The position numbers were made by a program, and so were the translations under genes. A stretch of 64,000 nucleotides of DNA from an uncultured Flavobacteriaceae bacterium (GTDB lineage Bacteria > Bacteroidota > Bacteroidia > Flavobacteriales > Flavobacteriaceae), in the NCBI GenBank assembly GCA_964398035.1, contig CAYNLI010000001.1, positions 8,785-72,784 of the forward strand, written 5' to 3'. Positions within the stretch are counted from its first letter, which is position 1; each line of letters starts with the position of its first letter. Positions 1-10,001 of this stretch are shown piece after piece. Below the pieces are notes generated by a model. It searched no databases. It saw nothing but the letters and a program-made list of their open reading frames with translations, and was not told where the DNA came from.

Positions 1-62
1 ATTCTTAAACTAATTGGTATACCACAACCAGCAGTAATGACGCAAAAATCATTGATTTAAAT

Positions 63-563
63 TTGAAAAAAATCATCTTTATATTTTGTTTGATTTCCTT
101 TCTTGGTTGTAAAAACCAAAAGGAAGAAATTTTAATTGGTATAGCAACAGAGCTTGAATTAAGACATGTTCCCTTTTCAACTTGGTATGTTCCCAACTAT
201 GAAAACCATATGGTAAATAGCAAAGAAACAAACATTATAAAACCATTATTAAAGGATATAGAAATAAAAATATTTATGGGTACTTGGTGCGGAGACAGTA
301 AGCGGGAAGTTCCTAAATTTTATAAAATTATGGACGCCATAGATTATTCTAAAGAAAATATAAAATTAATAACCATGAACCGTCAAAAAACCACACCAGA
401 AAACTATGAAAACGGACTTGAAATTATTAATACCCCTACTTTTATTTTTTACAAAAATGGTATAGAACTCAATCGTATTGTAGAATACCCTATTGAGTCT
501 CTAGAAAAGGATATGATAAAAATTCTAACCAGTAAAGAATACAAACACGCTTATTCAGATTAG
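63..563 (+). CDS. Thioredoxin-family lipoprotein
   Basis: Lipobox FLGC; GTWCGDS (CxxS-type) motif; TPTFIFY cis-Pro strand; TTG start. Confidence 0.8.
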   Translation: MKKIIFIFCLISFLGCKNQKEEILIGIATELELRHVPFSTWYVPNYENHMVNSKETNIIKPLLKDIEIKIFMGTWCGDSKREVPKFYKIMDAIDYSKENIKLITMNRQKTTPENYENGLEIINTPTFIFYKNGIELNRIVEYPIESLEKDMIKILTSKEYKHAYSD

Positions 564-637
564 CAGTTTTTTATTCTCCATATAAAGAGAAACCCAATAC
601 TATAATCATAATATATTTCATTTAATAGGATTCCTAT

Positions 638-645
638 TATCTTTG
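638..645 (+). promoter_or_regulatory. Bacteroidota sigma70 -7 element (TATCTTTG) for map
   Basis: Exact TAnnTTTG, 6 nt before ATG at 652; implies an almost leaderless mRNA. Confidence 0.65.
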
Positions 646-651
646 CAACCT

Positions 652-1464
652 ATGGTAAAAATTAAAACTTTAGAAGAAATAGAATTGATGCGCGAAAGTG
701 CATTAGTTGTTTCCAAAACATTGGGAATGTTGGCTTCAGAAATTAAGCCTGGGGCCAATCCATTGAAATTGGATAAAATGGCCGAAGAATTCATTCGTGA
801 ACAAGGTGCAGAACCAGGTTTTTTAGGAATGTATGATTTCCCCAATACCTTAAATTGGAGTCCCAATGCACAAGTAGTACACGGCATTCCCACAAATGAA
901 CCTCTTAAAGTAGGTGATATTATTTCTGTGGATTGTGGTTCCATAAAAAACGGGTATTATGGCGATCATGCCTATACATTTGAAGTTGGAGAAGTAGCAG
1001 CAGAGACCAAAAAATTATTGAAAGTCACAAAAGAATCCTTATACATCGGCATCAGAGAATTCAAAGCCAATAACCGAGTTGGTGATGTAGGCTTTGCAAT
1101 TCAGCAATATTGCGAAAATCATGGATATGGCGTGGTCAGAGAACTTGTTGGTCATGGATTGGGCAAAAAACTACATGAAAGCCCAGAAATGCCCAACTAT
1201 GGAAAAAGAGGAAGAGGAAAAAAATTCGCCGAGGGCACAGTAGTGGCCATTGAACCTATGATCAATATGGGAACTCGTAATATAAAACAACTAAAAGATG
1301 GTTGGACCATACTTACTGCTGACGGTAAACCCAGTGCACATTTTGAACATAACATAGCCATTGTAAACGGTAAGCCAGAATTACTGTCAACATTTCAATA
1401 TATTTATGATGCATTGGGTATCAAGAGTGATGAAGAAAAAGAATTTAGAGCAATGACTAACTAG
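652..1464 (+). CDS. map: Type I methionine aminopeptidase
   Basis: VVHGIP, DCG..GYYGD, GHGLG..LHE, AIEPM, SAHFEH motifs; the TTG at 643 lies in the promoter, so ATG 652 preferred. Confidence 0.95.
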   Translation: MVKIKTLEEIELMRESALVVSKTLGMLASEIKPGANPLKLDKMAEEFIREQGAEPGFLGMYDFPNTLNWSPNAQVVHGIPTNEPLKVGDIISVDCGSIKNGYYGDHAYTFEVGEVAAETKKLLKVTKESLYIGIREFKANNRVGDVGFAIQQYCENHGYGVVRELVGHGLGKKLHESPEMPNYGKRGRGKKFAEGTVVAIEPMINMGTRNIKQLKDGWTILTADGKPSAHFEHNIAIVNGKPELLSTFQYIYDALGIKSDEEKEFRAMTN

Positions 1465-1512
1465 CTTGTAAATAGTAATTGCAAGCGCAAACAATGCCAT
1501 CAACCAAAATTC

Positions 1513-2277
1513 GTGTCTAAACTGTTCAAATACATTCTAAACCTTTTACCTAGACCTCTACTTATTAAATTAAGTTATTTGGCCAGACCTATTCTTGCCT
1601 TCTCGTTAAAAGGAAAAAACTATACGGATCCCATTGATGGCAAACAGTTTAAAAAATTTCTTCCTTATGGTTATGAAAGCCCAAGGGAGAATGTGTTGTC
1701 CCCTTCTACCCTATCTCTTGAAAGGCACCGTTTATTATGGTTGTTCTTAAAAAATGAAACTGATTTTTTTACTGCCAATCATAAAATACTTCATTTTGCT
1801 CCAGAGCAAGCATTTCATAAGCGTTTTAAAAATTTGAAGAATTTAGAATATGTTACTACAGATTTAAATTCTCCATTAGCATCAGTTAAAGCTGATATTT
1901 GCAATTTACCCTTTAAAGACAACTCTTTTGATGTTATTCTTTGCAATCATGTTCTAGAACATATTCCAGATGACACCAAAGCCATGCAAGAACTATATAG
2001 GATTCTTAGACCAAATGGCTGGGGTGTTTTCCAGATTCCACAAGATTTAAATAGAGAGACTACTTTTGAGGACAACACTATAACCGATAAAAAAGAACGT
2101 GCCAAAATCTTTGGGCAGTATGATCATGTCCGTATTTATGGTAGGGACTATTTTGATAAATTAAGAAGCATAGGCTTTAATGTTGAAGAAGTAGATTACA
2201 CGGCTACGCTTCCTTCAAAAAAAATTAATGAATACCGGTTGGCAAAAGGAGAAGTTATACCATTAGTTAGAAAATAA
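1513..2277 (+). CDS. Class I SAM-dependent methyltransferase
   Basis: LHFAPE, ADICNLPFKDNSFDVILCNHVLEHI, ELYRILRPNG; GTG start. Confidence 0.85.
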   Translation: MSKLFKYILNLLPRPLLIKLSYLARPILAFSLKGKNYTDPIDGKQFKKFLPYGYESPRENVLSPSTLSLERHRLLWLFLKNETDFFTANHKILHFAPEQAFHKRFKNLKNLEYVTTDLNSPLASVKADICNLPFKDNSFDVILCNHVLEHIPDDTKAMQELYRILRPNGWGVFQIPQDLNRETTFEDNTITDKKERAKIFGQYDHVRIYGRDYFDKLRSIGFNVEEVDYTATLPSKKINEYRLAKGEVIPLVRK

Positions 2278-3273
2278 TTATTCTACCACCAAGCTTTCAA
2301 ATCCCATGGTCATAAACTCTGCCGTTTCGCCATTCTCATCCAAATAAATAATGTAAGCATCCATTCCCTCTTGCTCTACCAATAGTTTTATGGAGTCATC
2401 CAGATCCATGGCCATAAATGCTGTTGCATAAGCATCAGCCTCGGCACAAGTATTGGCAATTACTGTAGCTCCCAACACGTTGGAATTTTTAGTATAACCT
2501 GTTTTAGGATTCATGGTATGTACGTATTTTTTCCCTGTGACAGAATCTATTCTAAATTTTCTATAATTCCCTGATGATGCAAGGGCTTTATCTTTAAGCC
2601 TTAATAAAATTTTAGGCTTGCTCCTATCCTCACTTTGTGGGTCATCTATGCCAATGGTCCAATTATTTTCTGTTATTTTATTTTCGCCTTTGGCAACAAT
2701 CTCTCCTCCCACTTCAACCAAGTAATCATTAATTCCTTTTTGATTTAACATCATGGCCAATCTATCTATAGCATATCCTTTTGCAATGGCATTAAAATCA
2801 AAATAAATATTTGGTGATAATTTCTTAATTGTATATACACCCGTAATGCTCACTTTATTAAAACCAACATATTCCAAAAGGCTATCAACTTTAGCACTAT
2901 CCAATTTAATTTTATTCCCTGGCCCAAAACCCCAGGCATTGACCAAAACCCCAACAGTGGGGTCAAAATAGCCCTCTGTTCTTCCATAAACCTTTCTAGA
3001 GAGCTCAAAAACATCTATGAACATAGCATCAATCACCAGTGTTGAATCTCCCTTATTGATTTTTGAAATATCGGAATCTGGCAAATAGGTGGACATGGAT
3101 TGATTTACTGCCGCAAAAACTGAGTCAATTTCAGTTTGAAAATCTAGCTCTTTATCTGATAGATATGTAATACTATACGAAGTTCCCAATGCTGAACCAT
3201 AATTAGCGTTCTTAGTTAGTTTATTACATGAAAACATAGCTATTAGAATTCCCCATAAAAACACTTTCTTCAT
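2278..3273 (-). CDS. apbE: FAD:protein FMN transferase ApbE (lipoprotein)
   Basis: MFSC lipobox, FDPTVG, AIAKGYAID, VEVGGE, SSGNYR, ADAYATA; downstream of nqr operon; start 3273 preferred over 3321. Confidence 0.92.
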   Translation of the reverse strand: MKKVFLWGILIAMFSCNKLTKNANYGSALGTSYSITYLSDKELDFQTEIDSVFAAVNQSMSTYLPDSDISKINKGDSTLVIDAMFIDVFELSRKVYGRTEGYFDPTVGVLVNAWGFGPGNKIKLDSAKVDSLLEYVGFNKVSITGVYTIKKLSPNIYFDFNAIAKGYAIDRLAMMLNQKGINDYLVEVGGEIVAKGENKITENNWTIGIDDPQSEDRSKPKILLRLKDKALASSGNYRKFRIDSVTGKKYVHTMNPKTGYTKNSNVLGATVIANTCAEADAYATAFMAMDLDDSIKLLVEQEGMDAYIIYLDENGETAEFMTMGFESLVVE

Positions 3274-3295
3274 TTTTACTGAATTCATTTTAGTA

Positions 3296-3655
3296 TTAAT
3301 AAATTTCAATAAGTCCATCATAATCTACTATATAATCTTCATTAAGGTATACTGGTTGTTGGGCATTTGCTGCATTAGCAAAACCTAGACCAGCATATAA
3401 GGTTTTAGCTTCATTTTTTAATGCCAGTTCTTTGACCTTATCCATCATTCTTGTGTCATAATCTTTGGGGTCCTCTGGATAGCTCACATTTTTAACAACA
3501 ATAAAGTATAATTGCTTCTTTTTAATGCAGACAAATTGAGGATTTTTCTTAAGGGTACTATTTACGGCCATAAACTCATATCCTTCGGATTCTAATTGCC
3601 GACCGACAATATTCATTGCCAAATTATGAAGTTCCTGCACGCTCAACTCCTTCAT
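3296..3655 (-). CDS. Hypothetical protein between nqrF and apbE (YraN/PD-(D/E)xK-like pattern without catalytic residues)
   Basis: Clean 119-aa ORF co-oriented with nqr and apbE; fold is inferred only. Confidence 0.75.
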   Translation of the reverse strand: MKELSVQELHNLAMNIVGRQLESEGYEFMAVNSTLKKNPQFVCIKKKQLYFIVVKNVSYPEDPKDYDTRMMDKVKELALKNEAKTLYAGLGFANAANAQQPVYLNEDYIVDYDGLIEIY

Positions 3656-3666
3656 TATATTATATT

Positions 3667-3694
3667 AAAAAACCGATACAAAAGTATCGGTTTT
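3667..3694 (-). terminator. Intrinsic terminator after nqrF
   Basis: AAAACCGATAC-aaaa-GTATCGGTTTT hairpin; the A-run gives a U-tract on the minus strand. Confidence 0.75.
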
Positions 3695-3734
3695 AATTTA
3701 TAAAAGTTGTTATTTTTAAAATGCTTCTATCTTT

Positions 3735-5048
3735 TTAACCTCCAAAATCATCAAAACGTATGTTTTCATCTGCCAAGCCAAAATCTTCTCCCATTTTCTG
3801 TACTGCTTTGTTCATTAATGGTGGGCCACAGAAATACAATTCTATATCTTCTGGCGAATCATGTTTGGACAAATATTCATCCATTACCGATTGGTGCACA
3901 AATCCAGTAAATCCATCCCCTTCAGCATCATTTACATCTTTTTTATTCACCCAGTTATCTTCTTCTGCTGGTTCTGACAATACGATATAAAATTTAAAAT
4001 TTGGAAAATCTTTCTCCAACTTATAGAAGTGATCTAAATAGAACAGTTCTCTTTTAGAACGGCCACCATACCAATACGATACTTTTCTACCTGTTTTAAG
4101 GGTTCTGAATAGGTGATATAAATGCGAACGCATGGGTGCCATACCAGCACCACCACCAACATATAGCATTTCTGCATCAGAATCATTAATAAAGAATTCT
4201 CCATAAGGTCCTGAAATAGTAACTTTATCCCCAGGTTTTCTTGAGAAAATATAGGAAGAAGCAATACCTGGATTCACATCCATCCAAGCACCTTTGGCTC
4301 TATCAAAAGGAGGTGTTGCTATACGCACGTTTAACATAATTTTCTTACCCTCTGCAGGATAAGAAGCCATGGAATAGGCACGCTCAATAACCTCAGTGTT
4401 TTTCATCACCATAGACCACAATCCAAATTTATCCCATTCCAATTGGAATTTATCTGGTGTTTCATGCTCTTCTGGGTGGGCAGTAATATCCATATCAGAA
4501 AATTTGACCTCACATTCAGGGATTTCTATTTGAATATACCCCCCTGCTTTATAGCCCATTTCCTCAGGAATCTCTACCACAAATTCTTTGATGAAAGATG
4601 CCACATTATAGTTGCGAACAACTGTGGCCTCCCACTTTTTGATGCCAAATATCTCTTCAGGAATAGTGATTTCCATATTCTGATTCACTTTTACCTGACA
4701 TGCCAGACGCGCGCCATGTTGCAATTCTTTTCTAGAAAAGTGAGGTGTTTCTGTTGGCAATGCCTCACCACCACCAGAAAGCACATGACATTCACATTGA
4801 ATACAAGTTCCACCACCACCACATGCTGAGGGTAAAAATATTTTTTGACCACCTAAGGTACTAAGCAAACTATCTCCTGAAGAAACTTCTATTTCTCTTT
4901 CACCATTAATGGTAATTGTTACTGGACCAGATGGTGATAATTTTTGTTTTACAAACAATAATAACCCTACCAATACCAATGTGATTATCAAAAATGAAAC
5001 AACAGTTGCTGTGATTGTCCCTAATGTACTTGCTGCTAATACCACCAT
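3735..5048 (-). CDS. nqrF: Na+-translocating NADH:quinone reductase subunit F
   Basis: 2Fe-2S motif SACGGGGTCIQC..RLACQ; RAYSMA; GGGAGMAPMRSH; CGPP; FDDFGG end. Confidence 0.97.
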   Translation of the reverse strand: MVVLAASTLGTITATVVSFLIITLVLVGLLLFVKQKLSPSGPVTITINGEREIEVSSGDSLLSTLGGQKIFLPSACGGGGTCIQCECHVLSGGGEALPTETPHFSRKELQHGARLACQVKVNQNMEITIPEEIFGIKKWEATVVRNYNVASFIKEFVVEIPEEMGYKAGGYIQIEIPECEVKFSDMDITAHPEEHETPDKFQLEWDKFGLWSMVMKNTEVIERAYSMASYPAEGKKIMLNVRIATPPFDRAKGAWMDVNPGIASSYIFSRKPGDKVTISGPYGEFFINDSDAEMLYVGGGAGMAPMRSHLYHLFRTLKTGRKVSYWYGGRSKRELFYLDHFYKLEKDFPNFKFYIVLSEPAEEDNWVNKKDVNDAEGDGFTGFVHQSVMDEYLSKHDSPEDIELYFCGPPLMNKAVQKMGEDFGLADENIRFDDFGG

Positions 5049-5768
5049 TTACTTGATTCCTTTTATATTGTTGGCCAATTCTTTCTTGGCATCTTTCTTT
5101 TCTACTTTTGAATCAACTTTTACTGTTTGTTCTTTCTCTTCTGGTTCATTATCCCCTGTGAGCATACCTCCAAAACTTAAAAAGCCTATTGCCATTAATC
5201 CTGTTATTATAAATGTAATTCCCAGTCCTCTTAAAGGTGCGGGAACATTTGAATATCTGATTTTTTCACGAATGGCAGCAATTGCTAAAATAGCCAAAAA
5301 CCATCCTATTCCAGAGCCTACACCATATACTGTCGCCAATCCCAATGATGGAATTTCACGAGATTGCATAAATAATGAACCTCCTAATATTGCACAGTTT
5401 ACTGCAATAAGCGGCAAGAAAATACCTAGTGAATTATATAATGATGGTGAAAATTTCTCAACTACTATTTCTACTAATTGCACCATGGTTGCAATAGTTG
5501 CAATAAACAAAATAAAGGACAAGAAACTTAAATCATAATCTGCATATTCTGCACCTAACCATTTTAATGCTCCAGGTTGTAAAATATATTGATCCAACAA
5601 CCAGTTCAATGGTACTGTTATGGCCAGCACAAATATTACAGCAGCTCCAAGACCAACAGCCGTTGCCACTTTTTTAGATACAGCAAGATAAGAGCACATT
5701 CCAAGGAATACGGAAAATACCATGTTATCTATAAATATTGACTTGAAAAATAATTCTAAATATTCCAT
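5049..5768 (-). CDS. nqrE: Na+-NQR subunit E
   Basis: [42 protein letters not shown]. Confidence 0.96.
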   Translation of the reverse strand: MEYLELFFKSIFIDNMVFSVFLGMCSYLAVSKKVATAVGLGAAVIFVLAITVPLNWLLDQYILQPGALKWLGAEYADYDLSFLSFILFIATIATMVQLVEIVVEKFSPSLYNSLGIFLPLIAVNCAILGGSLFMQSREIPSLGLATVYGVGSGIGWFLAILAIAAIREKIRYSNVPAPLRGLGITFIITGLMAIGFLSFGGMLTGDNEPEEKEQTVKVDSKVEKKDAKKELANNIKGIK

Positions 5769-5783
5769 ATATTTTAGTTTAGA

Positions 5784-5809
5784 AGATTCTGAAACAAGTT
5801 CAGAATGAC
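5784..5809. repeat. Solitary REP-like palindrome (AGATTCTGAAACAAGTTCAGAATGAC)
   Basis: ATTCTGA/TCAGAAT inverted repeat followed by GAC, in the nqrD-nqrE spacer. Confidence 0.6.
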
Positions 5810-5818
5810 GCTATGCAT

Positions 5819-6463
5819 CTAATCTTCTATTAATGCTTTGTTTCTACTTCTTTGAACCCATATAATAATACCAACAACTATTAAGGCCATTGGGGGCATT
5901 ATCATAAATCCGTTATTTTCATAACCTAAGGCATATACTCCAGTCTTAGCGATTGAATCTCCTAATACTGGAAATCCCAATAAACTTCCTGAACCCAAAA
6001 GCTCTCTAAAGAACCCAACTATAATTAAGATAATTGCATACCCTAAAGCGTTTCCTATTCCATCTAAGAAAGATTTCCATGGGCCATTGGCTAGAGCAAA
6101 AGCTTCAAAACGCCCCATAATGATACAGTTGGTAATAATCAATCCTACAAAAACGGACAATGTTTTACTTAGTTCATAAGCGAAAGCTTTTAATACCAAA
6201 TCCACAACAATTACCAACGCAGCAACAACAATAAGCTGTACAATAATTCTAATTTTTGATGGAATAATATTTCGCATTAAGGAAATAACAACATTTCCTA
6301 TGGCCAATACAAATAATACAGATACTGCCATTACAATAGAGGCTTCCAATTCTGCGGTAATTGCAAGAGCAGAGCAAATACCCAACACCTGAATTGTAAT
6401 CGGGTTATTATCCGCTAATGGATCTGTTATTAAACTGGCATCTTTTTTTGATAAAAGTCCCAT
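5819..6463 (-). CDS. nqrD: Na+-NQR subunit D
   Basis: NNPITIQVLGICSALAIT; VGLIITNCIIMGRFEAFA. Confidence 0.96.
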   Translation of the reverse strand: MGLLSKKDASLITDPLADNNPITIQVLGICSALAITAELEASIVMAVSVLFVLAIGNVVISLMRNIIPSKIRIIVQLIVVAALVIVVDLVLKAFAYELSKTLSVFVGLIITNCIIMGRFEAFALANGPWKSFLDGIGNALGYAIILIIVGFFRELLGSGSLLGFPVLGDSIAKTGVYALGYENNGFMIMPPMALIVVGIIIWVQRSRNKALIED

Positions 6464-6469
6464 ATCTTT

Positions 6470-7213
6470 TTAATTTTCTAAAGTTTTAAAATAAGGCGCA
6501 TACAATTTTAATTCGCTTTTTAACATTGCAGAAACTCCATCTCCTGTAATAGTCGCTCCAGCAATTGCATCTACCTTGTTGTCTTCTTTTCTTTTATTGA
6601 GTGGGTCATTGTTCCCTTTGGCAACAGTAATTCCCATAAACCTACCATCGTGATTTAATTTTTCTCCTATAAAATCATCCATAAAGAAACGTTTATTGAT
6701 GTTAGCGCCAAGACCAGCAGTTTCACCTTTATGGTCAAAAAACACACCTTGCACCACCATGTCTTTATCCATGGCTACAAAGCCCCATATAGCATCCCAA
6801 AGGCCCTTACCTCTAATTGGAGCTATATAAAATGTCTTTCCGTCCTTTTCCCCAACAAACAAAGGCAACCTTCTTACCCCTCCATCTTTACCTTTTGTTA
6901 TTTCTTTTTTTACATCAATTAAATATGCATTGACATCTTCAGTGGCTTTGCCATTTTCAATGACCAATTGCTTTTTAATGTATTTTGAAAATTCATCAGC
7001 AACTACATCGGTAGAGATAAAAGCCATGCTACCTTCTTCATTATCATTTACACCCATTGCATATAGAATATTCTGTTGTTTTTCTATACGCTTGTTCTCA
7101 TCTATTTTATCTTTTAGACCAGATGCTGCAAAAGCTAATATTGAACCTACCACCAACACCATTCCTATTGCAAATAGTATTGTGTATGAATTTTTATCTG
7201 TTCTCTTTTCCAT
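6470..7213 (-). CDS. nqrC: Na+-NQR subunit C
   Basis: GKGLWDAIWG; HKGETAGLGA; FMN-attachment VDAIAGATITG. Confidence 0.95.
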   Translation of the reverse strand: MEKRTDKNSYTILFAIGMVLVVGSILAFAASGLKDKIDENKRIEKQQNILYAMGVNDNEEGSMAFISTDVVADEFSKYIKKQLVIENGKATEDVNAYLIDVKKEITKGKDGGVRRLPLFVGEKDGKTFYIAPIRGKGLWDAIWGFVAMDKDMVVQGVFFDHKGETAGLGANINKRFFMDDFIGEKLNHDGRFMGITVAKGNNDPLNKRKEDNKVDAIAGATITGDGVSAMLKSELKLYAPYFKTLEN

Positions 7214-7215
7214 CC

Positions 7216-8451
7216 TTACGCGGTTTTTGCTTTAAGACGTTTTAGTCTTTGTTTTACATTTCCTTTAACCACATAATGGTCTATTGTTGGTGCAAACACG
7301 TTCATTAATAAAATGGCCAACATTACCCCTTCTGGATATCCAGGGTTGAATACACGTATCATTATAGAAAAGAATCCAACTAAAAAGCCGTAGATCCATT
7401 TTCCTTTATTGGTCTGTGATGCAGTAACAGGATCCGTTGCCATAAATACCGTACCAAAGGCAAAACCACCTAGTAGTAAATGATGCCAAAACTCTGTATT
7501 CATCAAGGTGTAGAATTTACTGTATTCCGGCAACCATTCTAAACTTATAATTCCGTTGAAAATCAACCCCATTGCCAATGCCCCAAGTACAGAGGACAAC
7601 ATAATTCTCCAACTTCCTATTTTAGTGAAAATTAAAAACAGCCCTGCTAAAAGAATTAACAATGTAGATGTTTCTCCTACTGACCCCGGAATAAACCCTA
7701 AAAAAGAATTCATCAATTCATTGCCTTGACTTAAAACTTCTTTACCCTGTGCAAGACTACCTAATATAGTTTCTCCAGACATGGCATCAAGAGTTGCACC
7801 ATCGGCAATTTCTTGAGTTCTTTTTACAGCACCTTCTACCCATACCTTATCACCACTCATCCAAGTAGGATAGGCAAAGAATAAAAATGCTCTTATTGTC
7901 AATGCAGGATTTAGAATATTCATTCCGGTTCCCCCAAATACTTCTTTACCAATTACAACACCAAACACTACTGCAACAGCTAGCATCCATAATGGAATAT
8001 CTATAGGTACAATAAGTGGTACCAACATACCTGTTACCAAGTACCCCTCTTCTACTTCATGTTTTTTTATTACTGCAAAAAGGAATTCAACTCCCAATCC
8101 AACAGCATAGGATACAATTACTAACGGTATTATTTTCCAAAAACCAACTAGAAAATTATCCATGGTCCAGAATTCTGAACTAAAAAAACCTCCAGAAACT
8201 GCTTCTATATCTCCAAGTGCCAAATAATGCTGATACCCTGCATTGAACATTCCAAAAATCAAACAAGGAACAAGTGCCATTATCACTGTGTTCATTGTAC
8301 GTTTTAAATCGTCCGCTGCTTTTATATGGGTGCCATTGTGAGTGATCTCATTTGGCAAGTATAAAAAAGTATGGATTGCATTAAATGCAGGAGCCATCTT
8401 AGTGCCCTTATACTTTTCTTTTAAGTTATGTAAGTTACTTTTTAAACCCAT
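7216..8451 (-). CDS. nqrB: Na+-NQR subunit B
   Basis: DLKRTM; KEVFGGTGMNILNPAL; DAMSGET FMN site; MATDPVT; YPEGVMLAIL. Confidence 0.96.
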   Translation of the reverse strand: MGLKSNLHNLKEKYKGTKMAPAFNAIHTFLYLPNEITHNGTHIKAADDLKRTMNTVIMALVPCLIFGMFNAGYQHYLALGDIEAVSGGFFSSEFWTMDNFLVGFWKIIPLVIVSYAVGLGVEFLFAVIKKHEVEEGYLVTGMLVPLIVPIDIPLWMLAVAVVFGVVIGKEVFGGTGMNILNPALTIRAFLFFAYPTWMSGDKVWVEGAVKRTQEIADGATLDAMSGETILGSLAQGKEVLSQGNELMNSFLGFIPGSVGETSTLLILLAGLFLIFTKIGSWRIMLSSVLGALAMGLIFNGIISLEWLPEYSKFYTLMNTEFWHHLLLGGFAFGTVFMATDPVTASQTNKGKWIYGFLVGFFSIMIRVFNPGYPEGVMLAILLMNVFAPTIDHYVVKGNVKQRLKRLKAKTA

Positions 8452-9803
8452 TATCCTATTTCTTTAATCATTAGATCCAAACCTTTTCTAATAATATCCT
8501 GATGTGGTTGTTTAGACACACAAACAAATTCTGTTAATGCAAAATCTTCTGGTGCTACCTCATACATTCCCAAAGCCTCCATTTCGTCAAGATCTTTATA
8601 CATACATGCTTTTAAAATCTGCATTGGAAATATATCCAATGGAAAAACAGTTTCATAAGTTCCCGTGATAACAAATGCCCTGTGTTCACCATTGGTATTT
8701 GTATTTAAACTGAACTTCTTATTTGGTGTTAACCAAGAAAAAGTCAATGCTCTAGAGGTTGATACTTTATTGAAAATAGGTTTTGTCCAACCCATAAATT
8801 CATAATCATCACCTTCTGGAATGGCTGTAACGGTATTGTTGTAAAATCCTAAATGTCCGTCTGGGTTACTTTTAGCACCTATAAGCACATCTCCGTTTAT
8901 TACCCTGAACTTATCTTCATTTACACCACTGGCATATAAAAAGGTAGAAACTTCCGCTCCTATTTTTGTTTTATAATATTTTGGGGCTTTTACAGAAGAA
9001 CCAACAAGTGCAACAATACGCTCTGCATTGAATTCACCTGTAAGCAAAAGTTCACCTATGATTACCAAATCTTGGGGCGTTATGGTCCAAACTACTTCTC
9101 CCTTATTGACAGGGTCAATTTTATTTATTTGTGTCCCCACCAATCCTGCAGGATGTGGCCCTGAAACAGTATGGTGTTCCACACCGCTTAATCCAGCCAA
9201 CGGTGAGTTGGATGATTTCCCAACTGACACATGTACTTTACCTGAAGTAAGTTTTCCAAGAGCAGTCAATGCTGCCTGCAACTCATTTTCCCTGCCTTGC
9301 AACACATAGTCCAATTCTGCCGCCAAAGGTGCAGTGGTATAGCCAGAAACAAATATTGCTTTTGGTGTATTTTCAGGATTTGCAATAACATCATAAGGTC
9401 TTTGCTTAATAAATGGCCAACAGCCAGATTTTAACAAAAGTGCCTTAATATCTTCAGCTGATGCATTTTCCACATCCACTTTTTCATGACTCACAATACT
9501 TGGGGTCTTATCAGCAAGAATTTTCAATGATAACACCTTTCTTCTTGCTCCTCTTTCTATCTCAACCAATTCTCCACTCACAGGAGAGACAAAGAGCATA
9601 CCCTCACAACTCTTTTTATAGAAAAGTGCTTCGCCTGCTTTAACCTTACCACCTTGTTTTACTAACATTTTGGGGGTTATTCCATGAAAATCCAAAAGAT
9701 TTATTGAGTATGCGTTGCTTAATGTGGCTTTGGAAGTAGTCTGTTCAGCAGCTCCAACAAGGTTGATGCTCAAGCCTTTTTTAATCCGAATGTCTTTAGA
9801 CAT
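8451..9803 (-). CDS. nqrA: Na+-NQR subunit A
   Basis: IRIKKGL N-terminus; SPVSG; GPHPAG; PEDFALTEFVCVSK. Confidence 0.96.
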   Translation of the reverse strand: MSKDIRIKKGLSINLVGAAEQTTSKATLSNAYSINLLDFHGITPKMLVKQGGKVKAGEALFYKKSCEGMLFVSPVSGELVEIERGARRKVLSLKILADKTPSIVSHEKVDVENASAEDIKALLLKSGCWPFIKQRPYDVIANPENTPKAIFVSGYTTAPLAAELDYVLQGRENELQAALTALGKLTSGKVHVSVGKSSNSPLAGLSGVEHHTVSGPHPAGLVGTQINKIDPVNKGEVVWTITPQDLVIIGELLLTGEFNAERIVALVGSSVKAPKYYKTKIGAEVSTFLYASGVNEDKFRVINGDVLIGAKSNPDGHLGFYNNTVTAIPEGDDYEFMGWTKPIFNKVSTSRALTFSWLTPNKKFSLNTNTNGEHRAFVITGTYETVFPLDIFPMQILKACMYKDLDEMEALGMYEVAPEDFALTEFVCVSKQPHQDIIRKGLDLMIKEIG

Positions 9804-9837
9804 ATTATAGTAGACCTTAGGTTATAAAAATTTGATG

Positions 9838-9845
9838 CAAATTTA
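9838..9845 (-). promoter_or_regulatory. -7 element (TAAATTTG) of the nqr operon
   Basis: Reverse complement of CAAATTTA, ~35 nt upstream of nqrA start. Confidence 0.6.
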
Positions 9846-10001
9846 AAATTTTAACATCATACTAACCTTGCAAGAAGTATTAAAAAACAGGTTTTCATTG
9901 TATTTATAACGATTCTAAATAATGGAGATTGTTTACCTACAAAAGAACCTCTTAAGTTACTGGGCATGCTTTTTGTTTACCTTTATCCAAAAAATAATTT
10001 A

